Source: Methanobacteriota archaeon (GTDB taxonomy: Archaea; Halobacteriota; Bog-38; Methanoflorentales; Methanoflorentaceae). From it: DNA of 64,000 nucleotides. The position numbers and the translations under genes are program-made. The DNA lies in the NCBI GenBank assembly GCA_963719035.1, contig CAVRAO010000002.1:32001-96000 (forward strand), given 5' to 3'. The notes beneath the pieces are model-generated. The model ran no database searches, was not told the DNA's origin, and was given only the letters and a program-made list of their open reading frames with translations. Below, piece by piece: positions 10,757 to 20,340 of the stretch; the first letter of the stretch is position 1; each line of letters starts with the position of its first letter.

Positions 10757-12571
10757 ATGCGTCTCCTTCTATTGCACGTTGACTACATTGAATACAAGAC
10801 TACAAAGGCGACCAAGTACGCGGAAGACTTAGAAGGTTTGCGAAACGAAGCTCGAATGGAGGAGGCTTTAGCTGTATTTATTGCAGCGGAACGCGCTGAT
10901 GCGGTAAATGCGGATGAAGTGGCACTAGAAGCTTCAAAGGTTATACAAGACGTAGCGACCAAAGTAGCGACTAAGAGGGTGTTGCTTTATCCATATGCTC
11001 ATTTGAGTTCCGAATTGGCCTCGCCCGAGATTGCTTTGGCAATTCTACAAAAAATTGAATCTTTTCTTGTTGATTATGAGGTGTTAAGGGCGCCATTTGG
11101 GTGGTACAAATCATTTAGTCTCAAGTGTAAGGGTCATCCCCTCGCTGAGCTTTCAAGATCTATAAAAGCCGAAGCAAAACCAGAAAAGAAGAAAATCGAC
11201 AGAGAGTTTCATGTTATTGAGCCTGATGGCAAGCTCACGCCTGCAAATGCTTTTCACTCTGCGGACTCCGAATTCCAAGACATTTTGGAATACGAATTAG
11301 GACAATACGTGACCCGTAGTGCGGAAAGAGAATTGCCGCATATCAGGCTGATGAAGGAGAAGGAGCTAGTTGAGTATGAGCCATTGTCGGACGTGGGTCA
11401 CCTAAAGTGGTTGCCTAAGGGGAAACTGATTCGCGACCTTTTGATTGATTACACATACCTCTTGTCGGTGAGTTACGGTGCGATGCCGGTCGAAACGCCG
11501 GTGATGTATGACCTTTCTAGCACAGCGGTTAGCGAACATGCAAGCAAGTTTGGAGAGCGACAATATCGGTTGAAAGCTGGCTCCCGCGATATGATGCTAA
11601 GATTCGCTGCCTGTTTTGGCATGTTTAGCATGATGCACCAGATGCATTTGACCGCAAAAGACCTGCCGTTGAAACTGTACGAGCTTTCAACTTACTCCTT
11701 CCGTTATGAGCAACGTGGCGAAGTGACCGGTCTCAAGCGCCAGCGAGCATTCACTATGCCTGACATGCACACGGCTTGTAAGGACATGAGTGAAGCGAAG
11801 CAGTTTTTTTTAGAGCAATTAAGACTCGGGTTTAAGTCTGGTTTAGATCTAGCTGTTAAATATGAGCCTATATTTCGAAGTACAAAAACGTTTTATGAAG
11901 AGAACAAAAAATGGGTTCAGCAGATGGTTCGCGAATTTCAGCGTCCATTCCTCTTAGAACTTTTGTCCGAGCGTGCGCACTACTGGGTTTGTAAGTGCGA
12001 TCTTGCGGCATTAGATAGTTCACGAAAACCCATCGAATGTCCCACTGTCCAGATTGACGTGGAGAGTGCGGAGCGGTTTGATATAAAATATTATGATGAA
12101 ACGGGTGAACGCTGGCCTATCATTTTACATACGTCACCAACGGGGGGGATAGAGCGGGTGCTTGGTGCGATCCTCGAAGCGCAGGCGCTTGAAAGAGTGC
12201 CCTCCTTACCTGTGTGGTTGGCACCAACTCAGGTTAGGATTATTCCGATCTCAGAGAAATACCTAAAGTATGCGGAAGGGGTTTTAGGTGAAGTCCAAAA
12301 AGCGAAGGTTCGCGTAGACATCGATGACCGCGATGAGTCTGTCAGTAAAAAAGTAGCCGCTGCTGGAAAAGAGTGGGCACCCTACGTCGTCGTTATTGGG
12401 GAAAAAGAGCAAAAAGAAAAAAGCCTAGCCGTCACTGAGCGCTTAACGGGTACAAAGCAGTCTATGTCGGTTAACGAATTGATCGATCAGGTGCGCCAAA
12501 ACACCAATCAAATGCCGTTTAGGCCCCTAACTTTACCTCAGATGCTATCTAAGCGGCCAAAATTTGTTTGA
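10757..12571 (+). CDS. thrS: Threonine--tRNA ligase, archaeal type
   Basis: MRLLLLHVD/LYPYAHLS editing domain, RQRAFTMPDMH, LPVWLAPTQVR. Confidence 0.97.
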   Translation: MRLLLLHVDYIEYKTTKATKYAEDLEGLRNEARMEEALAVFIAAERADAVNADEVALEASKVIQDVATKVATKRVLLYPYAHLSSELASPEIALAILQKIESFLVDYEVLRAPFGWYKSFSLKCKGHPLAELSRSIKAEAKPEKKKIDREFHVIEPDGKLTPANAFHSADSEFQDILEYELGQYVTRSAERELPHIRLMKEKELVEYEPLSDVGHLKWLPKGKLIRDLLIDYTYLLSVSYGAMPVETPVMYDLSSTAVSEHASKFGERQYRLKAGSRDMMLRFAACFGMFSMMHQMHLTAKDLPLKLYELSTYSFRYEQRGEVTGLKRQRAFTMPDMHTACKDMSEAKQFFLEQLRLGFKSGLDLAVKYEPIFRSTKTFYEENKKWVQQMVREFQRPFLLELLSERAHYWVCKCDLAALDSSRKPIECPTVQIDVESAERFDIKYYDETGERWPIILHTSPTGGIERVLGAILEAQALERVPSLPVWLAPTQVRIIPISEKYLKYAEGVLGEVQKAKVRVDIDDRDESVSKKVAAAGKEWAPYVVVIGEKEQKEKSLAVTERLTGTKQSMSVNELIDQVRQNTNQMPFRPLTLPQMLSKRPKFV

Positions 12572-12639
12572 ATGCGCTTGGGAGTCCCTGTTCTTCAGTT
12601 TGCGGAGTCAGAGAGTACGCAAGTGTGCTTTCAAGGGTT

Positions 12640-14110
12640 TTAGAACGTGTCGTCTTGAGCGTAGCTTCTTCCCAACTTTAGTGCAATTTCTGCCTGTTTT
12701 AACTCACGTCCAAGGTACCCTGCGTGTGCTGTGCTTGATACTAGTTCGAGTTCAAAAATGGTTTTGAGGATCATTTCTGCAGAATCACCTTGGATAGTTG
12801 TTCCCGTGTCGTGCCGCGCATAAATCAGTCCGTCTTTGATGCCGATCACGAAGTTGCCCTGAGGGTCAGGTGTAAATATTTCAGGATCGAAGTCCTTTGC
12901 GTTATAGACGTTTCTGCTAGTGACTACGTATTCTGGTCTTCGTCTGCGTTCTTTCAACTGGAGAAGATCGATGCCCAGATCCTTAGGTGGTCCTCCTTTA
13001 AATTGCGCCAGCTGCATCATTTGAGCAGCGGTCTTTAATTCTCGCACGCTGCCTCTTGCTTTGTCGCTGTATTCAGGGGTAAAAAGAATGCTCACGCCAA
13101 GTTCTAAAGCTAAGCCCGCGAGCAAAGCGTTCGCGCCAACTGAGTCGGCTTCCATAAGTTCAACTATGTTACCGACGCCGAGAAACAGAGGCAAACGGCT
13201 GAGGGATCGCACGCGGCGGTACTCCGCGAGTGAATCGGCAGCTCCTACGCCAATAGGGTAGAGCACAGGATCAGCTATGATTTTCCTGATTTGGTAACTG
13301 CGTGCAAGAGCTACAGAAGAGCATACGTCGCTGTCGTGGGGTAGCACGACAGTCGCAATATCTCTCTCAGCAATGAGAGGTCCGATCTCGCGGGCGTTTT
13401 CTGATGTAAATGAAAGAACTAGCTCCGCTCCTGCGTCTATTCCAGCGCAGATAAGCGCTGGATCTAGGCTGTCAACGCTAGTTGCGACATTGTGCTGACC
13501 TGTTACTTCATTGACTTTAGCAAAGGTCTGCATTACCTCATTTTCTGTGGTTCCTAAGGGTATGCCGATGTCGATAATATCGGCGCCGTTTCGTATATGT
13601 TGCTCAGCGATGCGTTTAGAGTCTACAAAGGGCGCGTCTATTATCTCAGCGAGTACCCTTCATGCGAGAATTACCACCTATTTTTTTGTCACGAATCTTG
13701 AAATCGTAGGTGGCAGATCTCTCTAGTTCTATTAATAACCTCAAAGCGTCATTCTTGCGTTTTTCCAGAATGATCCGATCAGCCGGCTCATTTAGTGATA
13801 ACGGAGAATCATCAAAGGAATTAAGCACTAAGCTGAGATCATACGCTTGCTTTGGCCCCAGAACAATAGTTGTGTTCAGTTCATCGGCAAGAGAACTAAA
13901 CCCGGTTGTGTTCGAAGAACCGGGAATCAAGATCACATCGTACGCACGAGCTAGCCGTCTTACGTGCTCGACGTAAGCTTTTTTTAATAAGGGCGGAGTC
14001 ATTAGCGCCGCAACGTCGATATCTAACACAAGCACATCCGCAGCCTGACCTACGCTTCCCTTGACGACTTTTTCAGCGCAGCGACCGGTAGCCACTAGTA
14101 CTCTTGTAAT
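12640..14110 (-). CDS. Dihydropteroate-synthase-related protein (MJ0107-like); +1 frameshift at ~13656
   Basis: ORFs 13646..14095 and 12640..13533 join as SRMKVLAEIIDAP when one base is removed; GADIIDIG, HAGYLGREL. Confidence 0.85.
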
Positions 14111-14165
14111 AAGAGCTCACCGTAACTACATACCCTTAATATATTATATCACAATTACTGGTGGC

Positions 14166-14831
14166 ATGCGGCTCGACCTGCACGTTCACTCCGAATATTC
14201 GCCTGACTCTCATAGTTCAATTGAAGCAATTCTTAAACAAGCCCAAGAAGCAGGTCTTGATGGCATAGCAATTACTGATCATAACTCAGTACAGTCTTTT
14301 TTTGTAGCATCTAAACTTGCTGAAGATCTAGGACTTAATTTGATTTTAGTTCCTGGGGCTGAGATTTCGACGAGTGAGGGCCATTTGATCGCGCTTGGAA
14401 CCCACAACCTCTTGCCGGCCGGTTTATCTGCTGTTGAAACTATAGAGCACGCTCACGATAATGGTGGAATTGCTGTAGCGCCGCATCCATATGCGTTCTT
14501 TAGACAAGGCATTCGAAATCTTCGAGCCAAACGATTAGATGCTGTGGAAACGTTCAATTCGAAACATCTTTTTGGATTTTCGAACTATCTCGCTGGCCGT
14601 TCTGCTCGAAAGCTGAACCTTGGGGTGACTGGTGGAAGCGATTCACACAAAGTAGAGACGATCGGTTTTGGCTACACCGAAGTGAATATAGCAGACGGCG
14701 CTGACGTGGAGCAGGTACTGCAGGCCATAAAGAGTTGTAGATCGCAAGCAAAGGGTCGGGTTTCGCCGCGTCTGCGATCAGTTGGTTATTCGCTCAAAAC
14801 ACGTGTCGGGAACTACAAAAACGGTAGGTAA
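14166..14831 (+). CDS. PHP-domain metal-dependent phosphoesterase
   Basis: DLHVHS, ITDHN, APHP, GGSDSH. Confidence 0.9.
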   Translation: MRLDLHVHSEYSPDSHSSIEAILKQAQEAGLDGIAITDHNSVQSFFVASKLAEDLGLNLILVPGAEISTSEGHLIALGTHNLLPAGLSAVETIEHAHDNGGIAVAPHPYAFFRQGIRNLRAKRLDAVETFNSKHLFGFSNYLAGRSARKLNLGVTGGSDSHKVETIGFGYTEVNIADGADVEQVLQAIKSCRSQAKGRVSPRLRSVGYSLKTRVGNYKNGR

Positions 14832-14879
14832 GTTGCCGGCAGCAAAAAGTCCGTAAGTACGCGAGCCGTTACGCGCAAA

Positions 14880-15581
14880 TCAGACTTTTACCCAAAGCGC
14901 CTCTTTGAGCTCGGTTGGGTCGTTGAGAACTGTGATTCCTGACTGCTTTCGTAGCGTTTTGACATTGTTTTTATCAATCTCACGTACCGCGAGATTCACC
15001 GAACCCCCTATAATCGCATCAAAGCAGCACGCATCCTTGCATAACCCACAACCATCGCATCTAAGGTAATCGATTTGCTCATCAATAGCGTCGTTTGGGC
15101 ACACTCGTGCGCATTCGCGACATTGAGTACAAAGATCCCTGTTTATGAAATATGGCACAGGGCTCTTCACGGTCCCTTCGATGTCGACGGGGACTATGAA
15201 AACTAAAACACCGGCCTTCAGTGCGTGTGCAGCTGCATTAGTGACTAGTGTGTCGGCGATGCCGTGGGCTATCTTGGCAACTGTGTTAGATGTAGCGGGG
15301 GAAATGAACAAAGCGTCATAGATGCCGCGTGAGAAGCGACCGGTTTTGGGATAGCTCCAACCTTGCTCTGTTTCGAGTATGATCTCCTCCATATACCCAC
15401 CAGGAGAGATTATGGGCAAGTGCTGAAAAAGGCCATAAACGCGTGTCACCTCTTCTGCTGCCCGTGAGACAAACGAAGTAATGTTCACGCGATCTTGCTT
15501 GAGTCGTTTGAGTTCGACGAATAAATCAAAGCTATCTTTTAAGTAATGACCTGCACCAGTGACGCCCCATGCGATTTTCAC
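14880..15581 (-). CDS. dmrX: Dihydromethanopterin reductase (archaeoflavoprotein with 2x[4Fe-4S])
   Basis: IAWGVTGAG, PATSNTVAKIAHGIADTL, two CxxCxxCxxxC motifs. Confidence 0.8.
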   Translation of the reverse strand: MKIAWGVTGAGHYLKDSFDLFVELKRLKQDRVNITSFVSRAAEEVTRVYGLFQHLPIISPGGYMEEIILETEQGWSYPKTGRFSRGIYDALFISPATSNTVAKIAHGIADTLVTNAAAHALKAGVLVFIVPVDIEGTVKSPVPYFINRDLCTQCRECARVCPNDAIDEQIDYLRCDGCGLCKDACCFDAIIGGSVNLAVREIDKNNVKTLRKQSGITVLNDPTELKEALWVKV

Positions 15582-15630
15582 GCTTTTCCTCCAACAGCTG
15601 CACTCTCGATTAAACAGCGAGACCTGCGAT

Positions 15631-16185
15631 TCACGCTATGTAATCTTTTAGCAGCTGAAATGCTTCTAACTCCTGTCTTCCGCCACATTTTCTAACAATA
15701 CTCTCGAAGTGGGTTGTGCATTCTAGGTATTTTGGATCCTTTAACGTTTTATACCGTGTTGCGTTAATCGTTGCTTCAAGCACTGCGTAGAATGCCCGGT
15801 TGATCGGCAATATTGGCCTCTGCAGAACAACGGATCTCATCGGCAGAAGCTTTACGAGAGCAGTCTTTTGGGTCGGTTTCTCTAGAATTGTACATGCGAA
15901 TACTACCCAAGCATAAGCTGCGGTGAGGATTGGCGCCTCTTCATCCGAGCGAAAAAATGAACGATCAAGATCATCAAAGGCCGTCTTTACGTAAAGCAGT
16001 GGGTCTAAAACAAAGTTTGCAACCAGCTCACGATTCTTTTTGACGTTCGAAAATGTATGACTATCTTTGTATATCAAAGCGTAGAGGAAGTTGCGATTTA
16101 TAATGCCCATAGGAGCCGCATTGGGCTGATCGTTGCGCGTGGTCGCTATAACCTCTGAAATCCCCTCGCGAAATTGTATCTCCAT
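15631..16185 (-). CDS. DUF447 family protein
   Basis: EVIATT...NAAPMGI, PINRA..AVLEA. Confidence 0.8.
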   Translation of the reverse strand: MEIQFREGISEVIATTRNDQPNAAPMGIINRNFLYALIYKDSHTFSNVKKNRELVANFVLDPLLYVKTAFDDLDRSFFRSDEEAPILTAAYAWVVFACTILEKPTQKTALVKLLPMRSVVLQRPILPINRAFYAVLEATINATRYKTLKDPKYLECTTHFESIVRKCGGRQELEAFQLLKDYIA

Positions 16186-17051
16186 CAGTACCTAAATCCT
16201 CCCAAGAGCGTAACGAACAATGACCCAATCACGAGATCTGCCGTCGTGCCCGGGTTAATATGCCGTGCGATAAGCTCTTTGTCAAAGTCTTCAATATTGC
16301 CGCGTTTTAACACGTGCGCCGCTTTTGCCGACATCTCAAGAGCTACTTCGGAGCCAAATTTTTTAGCAATAAGGCTATCTGGCAATTCGCTGAGGAGGTG
16401 AAGGAACAAGCATACAATCGAATCGTTAAGGCCATATCCCGATTCTTGGAACCGCTTGAAGCGTTCAGCCCCACGAAAGGTTCGCGGGAATCCCTCGATC
16501 CATTCCTTCGCAATTGTGTCGTTTGAGCTTGAAATTTCCATAATGTCAAGGAGCGTCAGGTGCTGCTTTTGAATATTGCGCACTGATTCGGGATCATTTA
16601 CGTCAAGGTAATGCCGTTCTTGGACGCGGACGTCAATGCTCCGAAATGATTCGTAAAACCGTACGGCGTCCACAGTTGTAGTACTTTCCACTATTTTTAT
16701 TACGTTTGTTCTAAGCTGAGATATCGTGCTGCTTCTGCTTGCTGCGGCACACAACGGGATTAACAGAAGAATTGCACCAAAGTGGCAGTTACCTGCTTTT
16801 TGCCACGTAGCACTAGCCTCCACTGCGTTTAAAATCAGATCGCCAATGTTATGTCCCTTTGATGCTGCTTTTCTGAACGCAGGAAACAGACCCACAGACG
16901 ACCCGAGAAAATGCTCGTAGGTTACATCTTCAAAGTCGTGAGTTCTGTCTACATTACCTGGTTTTGGCGTCGCGGAGACCTCGAGCAACATCGCAAGCTC
17001 CGCGGAACCGGCTATAAAGTCTGTTTCATACATGTTGAAAAGGCGTTTCAC
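16185..17051 (-). CDS. citG: CitG-like triphosphoribosyl-dephospho-CoA synthase family protein
   Basis: LEVSATPKPGNV, NPGTTADL. Confidence 0.8.
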   Translation of the reverse strand: MKRLFNMYETDFIAGSAELAMLLEVSATPKPGNVDRTHDFEDVTYEHFLGSSVGLFPAFRKAASKGHNIGDLILNAVEASATWQKAGNCHFGAILLLIPLCAAASRSSTISQLRTNVIKIVESTTTVDAVRFYESFRSIDVRVQERHYLDVNDPESVRNIQKQHLTLLDIMEISSSNDTIAKEWIEGFPRTFRGAERFKRFQESGYGLNDSIVCLFLHLLSELPDSLIAKKFGSEVALEMSAKAAHVLKRGNIEDFDKELIARHINPGTTADLVIGSLFVTLLGGFRY

Positions 17052-18154
17052 TCAAGATTTCGACAGCTGAGGAATGCTTCCGCGAGCTGTTTTTTGAGTT
17101 GCATGTACTCAACGTCAGAAAATCCTAAGTCCTGTAAACTGCTGTCTCTCCAAGGGCAAGGCCTTGTGATCTTACAACACCAGACCATGCTGCCAAAGCA
17201 CGTATCTGGACCTGCCCCGAGCTTTGTTCCCTTAAAGCTCTCTTTGACACGGACATATTCTTCCTTCGTAATTCCTGCTCTTTTCAAAACGTATTGGAGG
17301 GGGCAATCCTTTACTGGCATACAACAATAGGCCAACCCTCGCAGATCTCCACCAGCACAGATGTGTTTTGGTGCGTTATACCAACCAACTGATTCTTGAT
17401 ATGATTGAACTTCAACTAGTATTTCCTGAAGAGCTATGTCGCCGGCTATTGCGGCGCGGGCGACTGAAACATAGTCTGCGCCCATAGAGAACATTTTGTG
17501 TGCGCTGCTATAGTCTACAATGGAATTGTTAGCGATGATTTTGAGCGTGGTAGTATCTCGTATCTTCTTGACTAACGTAGGTCTCGAATCCATTGTGTCG
17601 ATATGAATTGCATCGGCACCTGCCTTGTCTATAGCTTTTGCGAGCTCGACATCGCCGACCACCCCTGCGCGAACCTTCACAGACAAAGGCACGTCTGTCT
17701 GTTTGATCTCATGGATCCATTCGTCAAGCTTGGTGAGATCTTGCGTCAGACATTGACCAGCGCCAATAGCTTGCATCTCAGGCTGTCTGCAGTGCGCATT
17801 CAGTTCAAGAATTGCCCCCTTTTGATGCGTCAGTTCAGCGATTTCGAGCAGAGGTTCTAACGTGGTCGACCGTGCATTAACTCCCGCTATTATCTCGGTC
17901 GCGTTCATGACCCCAAGCTCGTTTTTAATAATGGACGTCGGGTCGTCATACGCGAATTCGCTTCGCCCTTTCTTAACCAGCTCTTTTGCGGCCGTGATGG
18001 TTGCTTCATCGAGATTATACCCACCTAAAATTGCGAGCCCAGCGCTTCGCGTTATGGCAAACGAACTATTCGTCAGTCCCGCGATCGAAGCGAGTACCAA
18101 AGGGTTCGGTATATTAATATCGCCGATTGTCAAGTCAAAGTCTATTTGCGGCAA
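17048..18154 (-). CDS. Dus-like TIM-barrel (MJ0144 family) fused to methanogenesis marker-9 domain
   Basis: ELNAHCRQPE barrel; C-terminal APKHICAGGDLRGLAYCC..C, TCFGSMVWCC..RPC. Confidence 0.8.
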   Translation of the reverse strand: MPQIDFDLTIGDINIPNPLVLASIAGLTNSSFAITRSAGLAILGGYNLDEATITAAKELVKKGRSEFAYDDPTSIIKNELGVMNATEIIAGVNARSTTLEPLLEIAELTHQKGAILELNAHCRQPEMQAIGAGQCLTQDLTKLDEWIHEIKQTDVPLSVKVRAGVVGDVELAKAIDKAGADAIHIDTMDSRPTLVKKIRDTTTLKIIANNSIVDYSSAHKMFSMGADYVSVARAAIAGDIALQEILVEVQSYQESVGWYNAPKHICAGGDLRGLAYCCMPVKDCPLQYVLKRAGITKEEYVRVKESFKGTKLGAGPDTCFGSMVWCCKITRPCPWRDSSLQDLGFSDVEYMQLKKQLAEAFLSCRNLE

Positions 18155-18290
18155 GGTTCAACCTCTATCCTCTCGAGTTTATTCATTCAGGGTGCTGAGT
18201 AACTTGGAAATAGAGCATCAGTGTCTCATTATTGTAGTTCGCTGCTATTTAATCTTACTTTGCCGGGGGGCACACATCGTGACTACGATC

Positions 18291-19202
18291 TCAGCAATGC
18301 TGAGCAAGCAATTGCAGGATCTCTGCAGCGAGTTCTTTGCTTTGCTTTCCATCTGCCATGATTGTATTCGCACGCAGCACTTCTACTTCCCCGGGCAAAT
18401 CGCGACTCGAAACGGCAAAGTCCGCATTGTCGACGATTAAGATGTTTAAAAAGTCGCCGTAGAACTCGGCAACCCCAATGGAACTAACCGGAAGTCCTGC
18501 AGATTCCATAAACTTTCGCGCTGGTCCACTCACGGGTTCAGTCCGCACTATCGGACTGATCGCGATGACAAATCGATCTTTGAGAGCTTCTCTCATCCCA
18601 TTTACGCGAAGAATAGGCCCGATGCTTGAAATTGGGTTCGACGGCCCGATGACAACGGCATTGTATTCCTCAAGGGCGGTGTTTACCTCTGTTGTCATTG
18701 CGCTCGTCTCACAATTGACTTGTGCAACGGCCGGCCGCTGCTTGTGTTTAATGAGAAAATCTTGAATATGCATCTCGCCTTCGTCCGTTTCAATCATTGT
18801 AGGAACGAAGTCGTTCGTCATTGGGAGGACTTTGGAGGACACACCGAACGAAGCGCACAGAAGGAGAGTCGCATCAGTCAAAGTTGCTCCCTGTCGCAGA
18901 AGGTCTGAACGGAAAATATGGGTCGCCCTATCAAGCTCCCCAATAATGATTCCCTCTTCGTGTCCGCGGCTGACTAGCGCTTCGTGGGTCAAGAACGTAT
19001 CGTCCTTTATGCCCCACCACCGGTCGGTTGAAACTCCTGTGATGGTATAGATGACCGTGTCGATATCGGGACAAACAAGGTTGCCAGAGACCCAAATATC
19101 GTCTCCTGTATTCGCGATAACGGTCAATTGTGTTTCAGGACAAAGGTTAAGCAGCCCGCGAAGCAACTTCGGACTGCCCGTCCCACCAGAAAGCAATAGC
19201 AA
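18291..19202 (-). CDS. cofD: 2-phospho-L-lactate transferase (F420 biosynthesis)
   Basis: LSGGTG, NTGDD, CPDIDT, IGPSNPISSI. Confidence 0.93.
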   Translation of the reverse strand: MLLLSGGTGSPKLLRGLLNLCPETQLTVIANTGDDIWVSGNLVCPDIDTVIYTITGVSTDRWWGIKDDTFLTHEALVSRGHEEGIIIGELDRATHIFRSDLLRQGATLTDATLLLCASFGVSSKVLPMTNDFVPTMIETDEGEMHIQDFLIKHKQRPAVAQVNCETSAMTTEVNTALEEYNAVVIGPSNPISSIGPILRVNGMREALKDRFVIAISPIVRTEPVSGPARKFMESAGLPVSSIGVAEFYGDFLNILIVDNADFAVSSRDLPGEVEVLRANTIMADGKQSKELAAEILQLLAQHC

Positions 19203-19435
19203 GGCATTCCTCCGCGTTTGTAGTAAGTTTTCTTCAGATAAAGGTTATGCCCGTACCATCCAAAACCGCCGCTCAATTGCATCCGTCCTGTTTGAAGTCT
19301 TTTCGGAAGGGCTAAACCCAAAAACCTTTAGGCTGTCAGTAAGATAGAATTAGAGGAGGCTGCACGTGCTCATCCCACGGTCTCGGCGATTCAAGGATTT
19401 AAATTGCCAAACATCACTCAACAAGGAGCAAGTAT

Positions 19436-19789
19436 TTGTCTCGTGATACCTTGGTCTTGACCAGAAGCGTAGGCTCAACGGATTTGAGGGTAGACGTGAC
19501 TCATTTGGGTCGAGATTTGCTTGTCACGCTGGTGGGGGGCGAAGCGCACGTGGGCGCCGTCGCGTTGGGCGGATTTCACAAGCGATCATACGCGTCAGTG
19601 CTAACTGTGCCTGACCATCGGGATGACGTAATAGCTAAAGAAGCTGCTTCGCGAATTTCGAAAGAGCTGAATTGCAGCTGTGTCGTTGTAGTTGGCATTC
19701 ACGTTAGCAATGCGTCCGAGCAGCAAGTCAGTCATATTGTTGAAGCATCAGTTACGCTTGTTAACGAACTTATCGAGGCACTTAAATGA
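19436..19789 (+). CDS. LpdD-like putative prenyl-FMN chaperone
   Basis: GGEAHVGA, HRDD, VVVGIH; stop overlaps the ubiX start. Confidence 0.6.
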   Translation: MSRDTLVLTRSVGSTDLRVDVTHLGRDLLVTLVGGEAHVGAVALGGFHKRSYASVLTVPDHRDDVIAKEAASRISKELNCSCVVVVGIHVSNASEQQVSHIVEASVTLVNELIEALK

Positions 19790-20340
19790 CGATAACATTG
19801 GCGATTACCGGCGCGAGCGGAGTACAATACGGCGTTCGTTTACTCGAAGCCCTGAGGGATCTGCAGGTTGAGACGCAGCTCATCGTGACCAAAAGCGGCC
19901 AGGATCTTATAAGCACCGAGACTCAGCTTAGTTTGAATTACGTTACTTCGCTGGCCTACCAGACATATGAAGAAATGGACTTGTCGGCGCCCATTGCCAG
20001 CGGATCTCACATTAGCAGTGGTATGGTGATAATACCGTGCAGTATGAAGACGCTTGGAAGCATCGCACACGGTATTTCTTCAAATCTTGTGACGCGTGCG
20101 GCCGATGTGTGCTTGAAGGAAAGAAGAAAGCTGATATTAGTGGTGCGCGAGACGCCATTTAGCGGGGTTCATTTGAGTAACATGTTGAAATTGTCCCAAT
20201 GTGGGGCGGTGATAATGCCTGCAAGTCCCGGGTTTTACACACGCCCAGCGACGATCGACGAGCTCATCGATACGCTAGTCGCTCGTGTGCTCGATCTGCT
20301 ACAGATAGATCATTCGCTTTCGCGGCGCTGGGGTGACTAA
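19786..20340 (+). CDS. ubiX: Flavin prenyltransferase
   Basis: ITGASG, IASGS, PCSMKT, RETP. Confidence 0.95.
   Translation: MTITLAITGASGVQYGVRLLEALRDLQVETQLIVTKSGQDLISTETQLSLNYVTSLAYQTYEEMDLSAPIASGSHISSGMVIIPCSMKTLGSIAHGISSNLVTRAADVCLKERRKLILVVRETPFSGVHLSNMLKLSQCGAVIMPASPGFYTRPATIDELIDTLVARVLDLLQIDHSLSRRWGD

Noticed and set aside
18180-18290. Possible C/D-box sRNA between cofD and the marker-9 gene
   Set aside because: CTGA motifs are present but there is no convincing C/C' box or guide spacing
17862-18440. Long alternative-frame/antisense ORFs (e.g. 17862..18440, 29042..29644, 27504..27980)
   Set aside because: They shadow well-supported genes and lack recognisable motifs
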